The notes below the pieces were generated by a model. That model worked only from the letters and a program-made list of their open reading frames with translations, was not told the DNA's origin and searched no databases. A stretch of DNA of 64,000 nucleotides. It comes from an uncultured Candidatus Brevefilum sp. GTDB lineage: Bacteria > Chloroflexota > Anaerolineae > Anaerolineales > Anaerolineaceae. The position numbers and the translations under genes were made by a program. Where the stretch lies: positions 40,207 to 104,206 of the forward strand of contig CAZCBW010000004.1 of the NCBI GenBank assembly GCA_964497065.1, in the 5' to 3' direction. Of this stretch, positions 40,546-49,823 are shown one piece after another (within the stretch, counting starts at the first letter, position 1; each line of letters starts with the position of its first letter).

Positions 40546-41271
40546 TTATGACTCATTCAGGCCGCCATACCGGCGGTCCCGGCTGGCATAAACTTCAATG
40601 GCTTTCTTTAATTCTTCCTCATTGAAGTCCGGCCAATACACAGGGGGAAAGTACCATTCTGAATAAACGGTTTGCCAGGTCAGAAAATTGCTGGTGCGTT
40701 GTTCACCTGATGTCCGGATGACAAGGTCAGGGTCGGGTAAGCCTTCTGTGAACATATACTGGCTGACCAATTCTTCATTCACAGTTTCAGGGTCAAGGCC
40801 ATCTTGTATAATATTGCGGATGGCATGGATGATTTCATCCCGTCCGCCGTAGTTAAAAGCCAGTACGATGGTGATCCGCTGATTATCTTTGGTCAGTTCA
40901 ATGGCCTTGCGCACCTTCTTCTGCAAAGTTTTTGAAAGACCATCTAAATGGCCAATATGCAACAACCTGGCGCCTTCCTGGTTTAATTCTTCCATCTCAC
41001 GGTCGATGACATCAGAGAGGATGCGCATCAAACCGCTGATTTCTGCCCGAGGCCGAGACCAGTTTTCCGTTGAAAAGGCATAAAAAGACAGGTATTGGAT
41101 GCCAAGTTTGGCACTGGCCCGGATGATTGTTCGCAGGTTTTCCGTCCCGGCTTTGTGCCCGGCCACACGTCCCAGCCCACGTTCCAGTGCCCAACGTCCG
41201 TTGCCGTCCATGATGATGGCTACATGGCGGGGGATGTTTATTTGGGGGTTTATTTGTTCGTCAGATTTCAT
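40546..41271 (-). CDS. uppS: Isoprenyl transferase (undecaprenyl diphosphate synthase)
   Basis: PRHVAIIMDGNGRWA, YAFSTENWSRP, NYGGRDEI, PDPDLVIRTSGEQRTSNFL and RRYGG motifs. Confidence 0.96.
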   Translation of the reverse strand: MKSDEQINPQINIPRHVAIIMDGNGRWALERGLGRVAGHKAGTENLRTIIRASAKLGIQYLSFYAFSTENWSRPRAEISGLMRILSDVIDREMEELNQEGARLLHIGHLDGLSKTLQKKVRKAIELTKDNQRITIVLAFNYGGRDEIIHAIRNIIQDGLDPETVNEELVSQYMFTEGLPDPDLVIRTSGEQRTSNFLTWQTVYSEWYFPPVYWPDFNEEELKKAIEVYASRDRRYGGLNES

Positions 41272-41276
41272 TCAGT

Positions 41277-41834
41277 TTAGACTTCCAAGATCTCTTTTTC
41301 TTTACGCTCACCGACTTCATCAACTTTATTATTCATTTTGTCGGTCAGATCCTGTAATTCCTTTTCACCACGTTCCTGTTCGTCTTCTGAAATTAATCCT
41401 TCTTTTTCAAATTCTCGAATATTCCGGATCAGATCGCGGCGTACATTGCGAATGCTGACCTTGGTTTCCTCCATCCGGTTATTGACCATCTTGACCAATT
41501 CCTTGCGCCTTTCTTCTGTCAGCTGGGGCAAGGTGAGGCGAATGACTTTGCCGTCACTGTTAGGTGTCAGGCCGATATCTGATGAAAGGATGGCACGCTC
41601 AATGTCTTTTAGCGTGGCAGGGTCAAAGGGGCGGATTAGCAACTGGCGTGGTTCAGGCACACTGACAGATGCCAGCTGGATCATTGGCGTATTGGTGCCG
41701 TAATAATTCACAGGGAGGCGTTCCACCAAGGCAGGTGAAGCACGGCCTGTGCGGATCGCAGAAAGATCTTCTTCAAGCATGTTGATGGCAGATTGCATTC
41801 TTTCGAGGGCTTCACGCAAAGTATCTTTGATCAT
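41277..41834 (-). CDS. frr: Ribosome recycling factor
   Basis: IRTGRASP.L, PE.RQLLI.PFD, LTPNSDG.VIRL..P.LTEERRKELVK and RNVRRD motifs. Confidence 0.97.
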   Translation of the reverse strand: MIKDTLREALERMQSAINMLEEDLSAIRTGRASPALVERLPVNYYGTNTPMIQLASVSVPEPRQLLIRPFDPATLKDIERAILSSDIGLTPNSDGKVIRLTLPQLTEERRKELVKMVNNRMEETKVSIRNVRRDLIRNIREFEKEGLISEDEQERGEKELQDLTDKMNNKVDEVGERKEKEILEV

Positions 41835-41914
41835 AATCTTCCTCCTTGGTCAATGACAGAAACCTTATTAAGGATACATCAGTTTAATCGTAACGTCCAT
41901 TTAATACAATTATA

Positions 41915-41968
41915 GTAATTGCTCACGTCTCATAATAATCACTATTCTCTCATAAGCTGAGTAATTAC
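41915..41968 (+). mobile_element. Short MITE derivative (54 bp, no central hairpin)
   Basis: Termini GTAATTGCTCAC / CTGAGTAATTAC; right end TCTCATAAGCTGAGTA matches the long copies. Flanks CAATTATA / AAATTATA match at 7 of 8 positions. Confidence 0.8.
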
Positions 41969-42037
41969 AAATTATAATCGTAATTGTATGCGATATTTTG
42001 GGTGGAATTTGATGTTCCCTGGATAATAAAGACGCGA

Positions 42038-42853
42038 TTATTCAGAACACGATTTACAATATCGGTGTATCAGCAATGCAATCAGGTAACAAATACCTGA
42101 GAGCAAGATGATCGTTGCCCCTGAGGTCAGGTTAAAAAAGAAAGACAGCAGCAGCCCGCCGGTGGCGAACACCATGCTCAACCCGGTTGCCAGCCACATG
42201 ATCTTTCCCATGTGGTTTAGGAACATTGAACCAATGGCAGCTGGAACAGTCAAAAGGGCGATGATCATGATCAGGCCGACCACCCGCATCAACATAACCA
42301 CGGCCAGGCCGATCATCGTTATCAGTACCAGGTATAGCAAATCGACAGGCAGGTTGCGTACTCTGGCAAAAGTCTCATCGAAGGCTGTCGCCTGTAATTC
42401 TTTATAGAAAAGGGTTGCCAGGCTGATAAATATTAAGTTCATGATCAGCATCATCCACAGGTCTGTGCGGGTCACAGCAAGGATGCTGCCAAATAAATAG
42501 CTCATCAGGTCTGCTTTATAGCCCGGAGTCATGTCAGCAAATAGGATGCCAATGGCCATACCCATCGCCCACATTACCCCAATTAAGGTGTCCGACCGTT
42601 GGTGGGTCTGGCGTTGGATATAGCCCATCAAAAATGAAGCCATCAGGCTGAATGTGACCGCGCCCAGAACCGGGTTAACACCCAGGTAAAAGGCCAACCC
42701 AACGCCACCGTAAGCTGTATGGGCAACCCCCCCAGAAATGAATACCATGCGTTTCAACACCACCAGCGTGCCTATTATACCGCTAGCAATGCTGACCAGC
42801 ACACCAGCCATCAGGGCATTGCGCATAAATCCATAACTTAATAATTGGCTCAT
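42038..42853 (-). CDS. znuB: Zn/Mn ABC transporter permease
   Basis: GGVAHTAYGG, DLMSYLFGSIL, FDETFARV and VVGLIMIIALLTVPAA motifs (ABC-3 family). Confidence 0.9.
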   Translation of the reverse strand: MSQLLSYGFMRNALMAGVLVSIASGIIGTLVVLKRMVFISGGVAHTAYGGVGLAFYLGVNPVLGAVTFSLMASFLMGYIQRQTHQRSDTLIGVMWAMGMAIGILFADMTPGYKADLMSYLFGSILAVTRTDLWMMLIMNLIFISLATLFYKELQATAFDETFARVRNLPVDLLYLVLITMIGLAVVMLMRVVGLIMIIALLTVPAAIGSMFLNHMGKIMWLATGLSMVFATGGLLLSFFFNLTSGATIILLSGICYLIALLIHRYCKSCSE

Positions 42854-43641
42854 CCCTGGTCACTCTCGTGTGAAGCCAGAACTCGGTGGGGCAGGCCATG
42901 GGCGATCAAATCAACCGGGCAGCCATAGACAGTCTGAAGCATTTCGATCGTGATTTCTTTTTCTCCATGATAGTGCAATGTGCGGTTGAGGCAAGCAATT
43001 GTTTTCACGTGACTGGAGATGGCATTAAGATCGTGTGAGACGAGTAAAATCGTGATACCCTGCCGGTTGATATCATGGAGCAATTCATAAATATGTTGTC
43101 TTGCTTCTGTATCAACGCTGTTGGTCGGTTCGTCCAGGAGTAAAATGTCGGGCTCAGCAGCGATTGCCCTGGCGATATAAACTCGCTGCCGCTGCCCCCC
43201 CGAGAGCTCTCGCAGAGCCCGGTGCTTATGAGACAGCATATCCACCCAGGCTAATTTTTCTTCAACAATCCGGTCGTCCTCTTTGTTATAGGGCTTGAAT
43301 AAGCGTTTGGGGCTCAAACGTCCCATCCTGACGACATCCAGAACATTGATGGGGAAATCTGAATCATAGGTATTAAATTGTGGCACGTACCCAATCTGGC
43401 TGCGGCCAAATTGGGGAGATTGCCCCATCACGCGGATGCTGCCTTTTTTTTGTGGCAGCAGCCCCAGGATCGTCTTGAGCAGCGTGGTTTTTCCGCCCCC
43501 GTTGGGGCCAATGAGCCCGATGAAATCCTTTTCCCAAACGGTCAGGTTGATATCGTACAAAACGGTTTCGTCGTTGTAACCTGCATAGAGGTGGCTGATT
43601 TCTACCAGTGGGTTTTTCTCTGTATAAGGCATTACAAGCAT
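42850..43641 (-). CDS. znuC: Zn/Mn ABC transporter ATP-binding protein
   Basis: GPNGGGKTT, GYVPQ, LSGGQRQR, LLDEPT, VSHD and CLNRTL...YG..V..IAH motifs. Confidence 0.92.
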   Translation of the reverse strand: MLVMPYTEKNPLVEISHLYAGYNDETVLYDINLTVWEKDFIGLIGPNGGGKTTLLKTILGLLPQKKGSIRVMGQSPQFGRSQIGYVPQFNTYDSDFPINVLDVVRMGRLSPKRLFKPYNKEDDRIVEEKLAWVDMLSHKHRALRELSGGQRQRVYIARAIAAEPDILLLDEPTNSVDTEARQHIYELLHDINRQGITILLVSHDLNAISSHVKTIACLNRTLHYHGEKEITIEMLQTVYGCPVDLIAHGLPHRVLASHESDQG

Positions 43642-43817
43642 CCGGTCAGTCTATTTAATTAATTCGTTTGCAGCTTGTCGGTTAATAAACCGATCAAAAT
43701 AGGGTACAGATGACATTCACTTTCCTCTGGCCAATAAAATGAGGATAGAGAACAGATATTATTTATAGGATAAAATGAGAACAATCTTCCCTGCATAAAT
43801 TATACTGGTTTTGGGCC

Positions 43818-44759
43818 TCAGTTACCCAGTGCGCTGGCGAAGGCGTCCGCAATAATTTCAAGGTTTGAAAGCCATTCATATGCCAGTGGGTCTACTTTCA
43901 CCACCTCACCACCGATTTCCTGGGCGATGGCCCTGGCGTTGGCTTCACTGAATTGTGGTTGAACGAAGATCACACGGATGTCTTCCTCCAAAGCCAGGTC
44001 GATTAATGAAGCCAACTCACTTGCGCTGGGGTCCGTTCCGCCAGTTTGGATTGGCAGTTGAGTCAGATCATAAGCGTCTGCGAAATATCCCCAGGCCGGG
44101 TGGTATACCATGAAATTACGCTGGGATATCCCCGATAAAATCTCTAAAATTCGGTTGTCGAGGGTTTCGATCTCTTCGATCAGGACTGCATAGTTGGCAG
44201 TGAATACAACCTCATTTTCCGGGTTGGCAGCTGCAAGTGCCTCATAAATATTCCTGGCGATGATCTTGCCATTGGCAGGAGTTAGCCAGACATGCGGGTC
44301 AAGGCCTAACTCGTCTTCATAGTCGTTTTCATCATCATCGTCATGGTCGTCATCGTCATCATGGGTATCAGGAATGGTTTCCATGATTCGTTCTATCCCC
44401 TTGGCGCTGTTGATGATTTCCATTTCGGGGTTGACTTCTTCAAACCTTGGCAGCCAGGCTTCTTCGTACTCCATCCCGATGCTGAAAAACAGGGCGGACT
44501 CGCTCAATGCGATCATCTGGTCCGGCTTGGGCTCATAGGTGTGAGCGTCGTCACCCGGGCCGACCATCACGTTGACAGCGACCAGATCCCCGGTGATTCG
44601 CTCGACAAAATAAGCCAGCGGAAGGATACTGACGGTGACCTGCAAGGGCTGGTCAGCTGCAGGCTCTGGCTCATCGCTGACTGACCGGGGGGCGCAGGCA
44701 CCTGCTGCCACAGAAAGAATAAATAAAACTGTGACGAATAGGATGGTTCTTTTTTTCAT
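43818..44759 (-). CDS. znuA: Zn ABC transporter substrate-binding lipoprotein
   Basis: AGAC lipobox; DAHTYEPKP; Asp/His-rich loop HDDDDDHDDDDE; DPHVWL; HPAWGYFA. Confidence 0.92.
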   Translation of the reverse strand: MKKRTILFVTVLFILSVAAGACAPRSVSDEPEPAADQPLQVTVSILPLAYFVERITGDLVAVNVMVGPGDDAHTYEPKPDQMIALSESALFFSIGMEYEEAWLPRFEEVNPEMEIINSAKGIERIMETIPDTHDDDDDHDDDDENDYEDELGLDPHVWLTPANGKIIARNIYEALAAANPENEVVFTANYAVLIEEIETLDNRILEILSGISQRNFMVYHPAWGYFADAYDLTQLPIQTGGTDPSASELASLIDLALEEDIRVIFVQPQFSEANARAIAQEIGGEVVKVDPLAYEWLSNLEIIADAFASALGN

Positions 44760-44772
44760 ATTTACTCCTTAT

Positions 44773-44787
44773 TGAAAAACATTATCA
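44773..44787. promoter_or_regulatory. Putative Zur operator upstream of znuA
   Basis: TGAAAAACATTATCA, a TGA-N9-TCA imperfect palindrome, begins 14 nt from the znuA start codon. Confidence 0.7.
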
Positions 44788-44814
44788 CTAACAGACTTTT
44801 TAAAAAGGATTGCG

Positions 44815-45231
44815 TCAGATTTTCTGGCAGGCCGGGCATAATCCATAAAGTTCTAACAAATGGTCTTTGACCTGGTATCCGGTTTGGCGCTGAACTCGCT
44901 GGACAATCGATGAAAGGTCTTCAGAACCAATGAATTCCACAGCCTGTTTGCAGGTACGGCAGACCAGATGATGGTGATGGCCCGGTGAGGCCAGGACATA
45001 TCCCTGGCATTCCTCCTGGCTGTGAACCCGGCGCACCAAACCAAATTCATCCAGCAGGTCGAGTGTGCGGTAGACGGTAACCAGCCCGATCTTCTCTTTT
45101 TGGTCTATTGCACGCTGGTGGATACTTTGAGCTGAGAGGGGCATCCTTGCGTTTTCCAGGATTGACAGCACTACCTGGCGGGGCCGGGTCATGCGGAGAC
45201 CTTTCTGGTTTAGTTTGTCCTGTAAATCCAT
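44815..45231 (-). CDS. zur: Fur-family transcriptional regulator (Zur)
   Basis: GLRMTRPR, IGLVTVYRTL, HHHHLVCRTC and LELYGLCPAC motifs; upstream of znuACB; ATG at 45231. Confidence 0.88.
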   Translation of the reverse strand: MDLQDKLNQKGLRMTRPRQVVLSILENARMPLSAQSIHQRAIDQKEKIGLVTVYRTLDLLDEFGLVRRVHSQEECQGYVLASPGHHHHLVCRTCKQAVEFIGSEDLSSIVQRVQRQTGYQVKDHLLELYGLCPACQKI

Positions 45232-45244
45232 CGACGATCCTTGT

Positions 45245-45259
45245 TGAAAAAGATTATCA
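45245..45259. promoter_or_regulatory. Putative Zur operator upstream of zur
   Basis: TGAAAAAGATTATCA is 14/15 identical to the znuA box and has the same 14-nt offset from the start codon. Confidence 0.7.
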
Positions 45260-45376
45260 ATAAGGATTTTAGCGCGTGGATTATCAAATGTCAAGCGTGT
45301 AGATTGGCGAATTATTTTTTGTGAATGGTGATCATTCTCTTGATGCTGTGGCTTCGGCGTTTTATAAGATTAAATG

Positions 45377-45412
45377 AAAACACCCCCGGCCGGCGTATTC
45401 CAGGGGTGAAAA
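45377..45412 (-). terminator. Intrinsic terminator after tRNA-Asn
   Basis: On the minus strand: CACCCCTGG...CCGGGGGTG followed by TTTT. Confidence 0.6.
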
Positions 45413-45425
45413 GAAGAATCTATAG

Positions 45426-45498
45426 CTCCTCGACCTGGACTCGAACCAGGAACCTAGCGGTTAACAGCCGCTCGCTCTGCCAATTGAGCTATCGAGGA
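45426..45498 (-). tRNA. tRNA-Asn (anticodon GTT)
   Basis: Minus strand TCCTCGATAGCTCAATTGGCAGAGCGAGCGGCTGTTAACCGCTAGGTTCCTGGTTCGAGTCCAGGTCGAGGAG folds as a cloverleaf. Confidence 0.95.
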
Positions 45499-45575
45499 AG
45501 ACGAAGGTTATTATACGGATAAAGGGGGTAGGTGTCAAGCTAACTTTGGAGAGGCTGATGATCATCAGCAGCCTC

Positions 45576-46757
45576 TTATGTTTTTGCTGGGAGTGTAAAA
45601 TGGAACCGAGTACCCTTACCAATCCCATCACTTTCTGCCCAGATCTCACCCCCATGTGCTTGAATTAATTTTTTTGTGATCGTCAAACCAATCCCGCTAC
45701 CACCGGCTTCACGTGATCGAGATGGATCGACTCTGAAAAACCGTGAGAATATATGCGACAGATGTTCTTTTGGTATGCCGCTACCCGTATCACCGACAGT
45801 AATCTGGATGTATTGTTTTTCTTTACGGGCTTTGATCCACACGCGCTCCCTCTGTGGTGTGAAAGCCAGGGCATTGCTCAATAAATTGATGATTATCTGG
45901 TTCAATCGACCTGGATCTGCCAGGACGATGATGTGATTCTCACTCTGGTGATGTTCTAAAGCAACCCCCTTGATAGCAAACGCTGGCCGCATTATTTTTA
46001 ATAGATCTTTGATGAGTTCATTCACATTGACAGGTTGGAAAGATAACGATATCGTCCCGCTTTCAATGGTGGTTAATTGCTGCAAGTCATCAAGCAGTCC
46101 TTCCAGGCGAAGAGTTTGCCGGTGAATACTTTCAAAGGTCTTCTGGTCAGCCCCTAAGATGCCATCAGCCAGACCTTCCATTGAGCCTTTGATAACAGTG
46201 AGAGGCGTCCGAAGTTCGTGGGCAACATCAGCAATTAATTGTTGCCGCATTTGCTCGGTTTCTTTTAATTGTTTTCCCATCCGGTTAAAACGATCAGCCA
46301 GGTAGGAAATCTCATCTCGAGAGGTGTCCTCTTGTGTGTTTCTCAGGGGTAACTGTACATCAAAATCACCACCAGCAATCCGATCGGCTGCATCACTCAT
46401 TTGCTGAAGGGGTTTTACGAAAAGACGGCTCATCATTAGGCTGATCACAGCAGCTACCAGCAAGGCAATCGCGCTTGCTTCAAGGATCGATTGCCAGATG
46501 ATTTGGTTGAAGATCCGGAACAGACTGGTGTAAAGCCTGGAGCCTTCCATCATCCTGCCGTGTTGAGATCCCATCATATTGCCTCGTTCGATTCCATATT
46601 CTGAAAACAGGGTCGCCATGGCTGAGGAGCGCCCCTCGAAAGCAAAAGGGATCGAGACCTGGATCACCAGGCTTAATACAATCAGGCCGATCAGGATCAC
46701 GAAAAAATAGGAGAGGAAGAATTTCCAGTAGAGCTTTGATCGAATCAAACGTCTCAT
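45576..46757 (-). CDS. HAMP-domain sensor histidine kinase (BaeS-like)
   Basis: Two TM segments with a short Met-rich loop; DEI..LA..FNRM (HAMP); DVAHELRTPL; NLLSNA; DTGSGI; IFSRFFRVD.SRSR..GGSGIGL. Confidence 0.93.
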   Translation of the reverse strand: MRRLIRSKLYWKFFLSYFFVILIGLIVLSLVIQVSIPFAFEGRSSAMATLFSEYGIERGNMMGSQHGRMMEGSRLYTSLFRIFNQIIWQSILEASAIALLVAAVISLMMSRLFVKPLQQMSDAADRIAGGDFDVQLPLRNTQEDTSRDEISYLADRFNRMGKQLKETEQMRQQLIADVAHELRTPLTVIKGSMEGLADGILGADQKTFESIHRQTLRLEGLLDDLQQLTTIESGTISLSFQPVNVNELIKDLLKIMRPAFAIKGVALEHHQSENHIIVLADPGRLNQIIINLLSNALAFTPQRERVWIKARKEKQYIQITVGDTGSGIPKEHLSHIFSRFFRVDPSRSREAGGSGIGLTITKKLIQAHGGEIWAESDGIGKGTRFHFTLPAKT

Positions 46758-47437
46758 ATTAAACGCTCATCATCGAAGCGGTAGCCAACGCCCCAAATAG
46801 TGGTGATATATCGTTCTCCTATTTTCTTGCGGATATGGCTGATGTGCACGTCTACCACGCGGGTATCTCCGAAATAATTCTCATTCCACACTTCCGCTAA
46901 TAATTGATCTCGGCTTAGTACTTGTCCGGCAGAATTCATCAGCCGTCTTAATAACTCAAATTCCATGGTGGTTAGATCCAATAGTTCATCATGTAACCAT
47001 ACCTGGCGGCTGCCCGCATCTAGACGGATGTGTTTAAATTGCATGATTTGATTTGGATTAACTTTTTCAGAAGAGCTTAAACGCCTGACGGCAGCATTGA
47101 CCCGGGCAACCATTTCGCGAGGTGAAAAGGGCTTTGTTACGTAATCATCAGCGCCCATATTTAATCCAACAATCTTATCAACTTCTTCGGTTTTTGCAGT
47201 CATCATGATGATATAGACATCGGATTCACGTCTGAGCGCAGAGAGCACTTCTAAGCCACTTAATGTTGGCAGCATAATATCTAACAGAATTAAATCTGGC
47301 TTGAAGGCTCTGGCTGATTTTATCGCAGCAGTCCCATCTCCTGATTGGAATACTTTATATCCTTCCCTTTCAAGATAGGCTGAAACCAAATTCCGGATGT
47401 CTTCCTCATCATCAACGATCAGTATTCTTTTTCCCAT
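46754..47437 (-). CDS. OmpR/PhoB-family response regulator
   Basis: ILIVDDE, LLDIMLP, GADDYVTKPFS, LTTMEFELL, RVVDVHISHIRKK and TIWGVGYRF motifs. Confidence 0.95.
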   Translation of the reverse strand: MGKRILIVDDEEDIRNLVSAYLEREGYKVFQSGDGTAAIKSARAFKPDLILLDIMLPTLSGLEVLSALRRESDVYIIMMTAKTEEVDKIVGLNMGADDYVTKPFSPREMVARVNAAVRRLSSSEKVNPNQIMQFKHIRLDAGSRQVWLHDELLDLTTMEFELLRRLMNSAGQVLSRDQLLAEVWNENYFGDTRVVDVHISHIRKKIGERYITTIWGVGYRFDDERLI

Positions 47438-47465
47438 TTTTTAGATTCTCAAATCATGAATTTTC

Positions 47466-47566
47466 GTAACTACTCAGGTTGCACTACAACTAAAAGGTCG
47501 GGGGTATTGTGTGGCGGCGGAGCCGCCACACAATACCCCCTATTTCTCCATTAGCTGAGTAGTAAC
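47466..47566 (+). mobile_element. MITE copy 4 (101 bp, variant hairpin)
   Basis: Termini GTAACTACTCAG / CTGAGTAGTAAC. Hairpin GGGGGTATTGTGTGGCGGC-GGA-GCCGCCACACAATACCCCC. Perfect 8-bp flanking repeat GAATTTTC (47458-47465, 47567-47574). Confidence 0.9.
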
Positions 47567-47658
47567 GAATTTTCATTATTGTACCTAATTAGGTCTGATA
47601 ATTGGCTCATAAATCAACTATAAATTTCTGATGCATTGTGATAATAAATGAATAACTT

Positions 47659-47696
47659 AAAAAACTGCAACCTCTCAGCATAATTGAGGTTGCAGT
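47659..47696 (-). terminator. Intrinsic terminator
   Basis: ACTGCAACCTC/GAGGTTGCAGT 11-bp stem followed by a T-run on the minus strand. Confidence 0.7.
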
Positions 47697-47729
47697 GTAA
47701 AAATTAATAAATGAAAGTTTTTTAGAGAA

Positions 47730-48251
47730 TCACCTTTGGCAAGCGCCAAAACCTCTTTCTTTTTGATTTTGAGTTTCTGAGTTGAAACGTTGTTCAAATA
47801 TTCGAAACATTCTTCCCTGTCCTGAAAATGGTAAGGAATCCCAAATTCCTTTATTGCTTTGGCGTTCCTGCCAAACTTGTTCTCTAATGGTATTATGTAA
47901 TTCGTAAAAACTATCACTTGACATTCCAGCATTGCTCGCAATTTCGAACAGAGATAACCTATCCAAGATCATTTTTCTTATCTCATCTATTGCTAGATCC
48001 GTTTGGGTGGCAATTGCTTCAATTAATGGGTTCATCATTGGTGAAAACCGGTTCTCATCCTCCCATGCGTAACATGGTCTTGTGATATCGATATTTTGAC
48101 AATGACCTATAGGGCGTGATTCCCATTCGTCATTAGGTTGATCAAAAGGAATATCTTGTTGTGTAAAAGCGGCTTTTACAGTTTCTGGGTTTAGGAATGT
48201 GAGTGTAAACACGATTAAAGCGGTCAGAATAAAAAGGAATCTTTTTGTCAT
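47730..48251 (-). CDS. Hypothetical secreted protein
   Basis: Signal peptide (VKA/A); helical LIEAIAT.TDL.IDEI...LFEIA segment; no family named. Confidence 0.65.
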   Translation of the reverse strand: MTKRFLFILTALIVFTLTFLNPETVKAAFTQQDIPFDQPNDEWESRPIGHCQNIDITRPCYAWEDENRFSPMMNPLIEAIATQTDLAIDEIRKMILDRLSLFEIASNAGMSSDSFYELHNTIREQVWQERQSNKGIWDSLPFSGQGRMFRIFEQRFNSETQNQKERGFGACQR

Positions 48252-48479
48252 TTTTCACCTCTAAAGTTTAGAAATTTTATTTTAATTAAATTTTACGTGG
48301 AAATTGTAAAGAAGATGTGAAGAATGCTCAAAGAATTACTTAAGAATTTTTTATTGTTGGTTGATTTTTTTGGTTGGGTTTGAAATCAGCTGGATCTGAG
48401 AAAATATTTCGATGGTATTTCTAAAGATTTAATCAATTGCGATCAGTTTAATTAATTATGAAATATTTTAAATCCAATA

Positions 48480-49721
48480 TCATTCCGATGAGTTGACATC
48501 TTCAATAATTATCTTAGCCAAAGTTTGTAAAGTCTTTTTTTGGTCATCATTCATATCTGGGTCTACAGCCTGCCAATATAGATCTAACAGGTCAACCATA
48601 CTGAAAGTTTCTTCCATTTGCTCTTTGGATATTCTGGCCCGCACCTGCATTTGCGGCCTTTTCACAAGATGAAATTCAAAAGCATTGGCAGCATGATCAC
48701 GTAAAGAATTTTCCTGGATGAGTGATTCCCATTCCCGTTTATAGTTAATTGTCAATCTGACGATCGCACCGTCCAGTTCTTCTTGTGGGGGCATGGCTGC
48801 TAATAATATTTGATTGATCTTATCTTCAGATTCGAGCTTTACATGAATATCTTTGAAAGGGCGGATATTTTTAAGCTCTATCCAATTTACTTTGGTAGCT
48901 CCTTTTACAACATCAGCAATGATAAAAAATTTACGATCCTGAACCTCACCAAAATCAATACGTTCGATGGATCCGGGGTAAATAACCGGGGGATGATTTC
49001 CTTCGTTAATATTTTGCGGTTTGTGGATGTGGCCTAAAGCAACATAATCTAACCGCGCATCCTTGACTAAGGCAGGCGGCAGGACAAGGTCTTTTCCCAA
49101 CATGACCATTCGCTCTGTACCGTACATTGCACCTTCAACTGAGGCATGTGCAGTCAGGATCGTGGGTAATTCAGGGTCAGCATTCTCGAGCCAATAATCG
49201 ATTAACTCACTCACATGATGAGAAAGCTTTTCGTAGATTTTCTCAGGGTTAGAATTTTCCAGTTCTAATTTTGCCACCATGCCAGACCGAGAAATCCACG
49301 GCAGTGCTAAAATCTGCACTGGCAATCCTGCCAGATCTGAGGGTGACAAAAATTGTGGGGCATTCAATACGCAGACACCAGGCACTTCCAGTGTGTCAAA
49401 TTCCTGGATGGCGTGTGCACGACCAGTGGCAGGAGAAATATCATGATTGCCTGTAAGCAGTAAAGTGATGATCCCAGCACGCGATAGCTGCATGATCCGC
49501 CTTCCCCATTCCCTCTGGAAAGTTGGTGCAGGAGAACGGTCTTTATAGGCGTCGCCAGCAAAAATGACCAGGTCAACTTTCTCAGAAATGGCTGTGTGGA
49601 TGATTTCATCCAATGACCTGAGATAATCCATCACACGCACAGGCAGCCCGGTTTCAGAGTCATGCCGGCCGTAATTGGCCATATCGATGTGTGCATCTGC
49701 AAAGTGAAGAACTTTTACCAT
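48480..49721 (-). CDS. sbcD: Exonuclease SbcCD subunit D (Mre11-like)
   Basis: LHFADAH, FAGDAY, TGNHD, AHASV and YVALGHIH...YPGSIERIDFGE metallophosphoesterase motifs. Confidence 0.92.
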   Translation of the reverse strand: MVKVLHFADAHIDMANYGRHDSETGLPVRVMDYLRSLDEIIHTAISEKVDLVIFAGDAYKDRSPAPTFQREWGRRIMQLSRAGIITLLLTGNHDISPATGRAHAIQEFDTLEVPGVCVLNAPQFLSPSDLAGLPVQILALPWISRSGMVAKLELENSNPEKIYEKLSHHVSELIDYWLENADPELPTILTAHASVEGAMYGTERMVMLGKDLVLPPALVKDARLDYVALGHIHKPQNINEGNHPPVIYPGSIERIDFGEVQDRKFFIIADVVKGATKVNWIELKNIRPFKDIHVKLESEDKINQILLAAMPPQEELDGAIVRLTINYKREWESLIQENSLRDHAANAFEFHLVKRPQMQVRARISKEQMEETFSMVDLLDLYWQAVDPDMNDDQKKTLQTLAKIIIEDVNSSE

Positions 49722-49823
49722 ACTGATTTTTCCATCTCAGTACCTTTGGTAAGATATGTTTGGGTTAGTAATGATGATCTTATACCCTGAAATCTTAAAG
49801 AAAAAAATAATAAAATTAGATAA

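Noticed and set aside
31691-41968. Inversion caused by recombination between the two MITE copies
   Set aside because: The two copies are in the same orientation and each retains its own flanking duplication; crossover within them would have swapped the flanks.
45323-45340. Additional Zur box upstream of zur (GAATGGTGATCATTC)
   Set aside because: It lacks the TGA-N9-TCA ends shared by the two strong boxes and is too weak to call.
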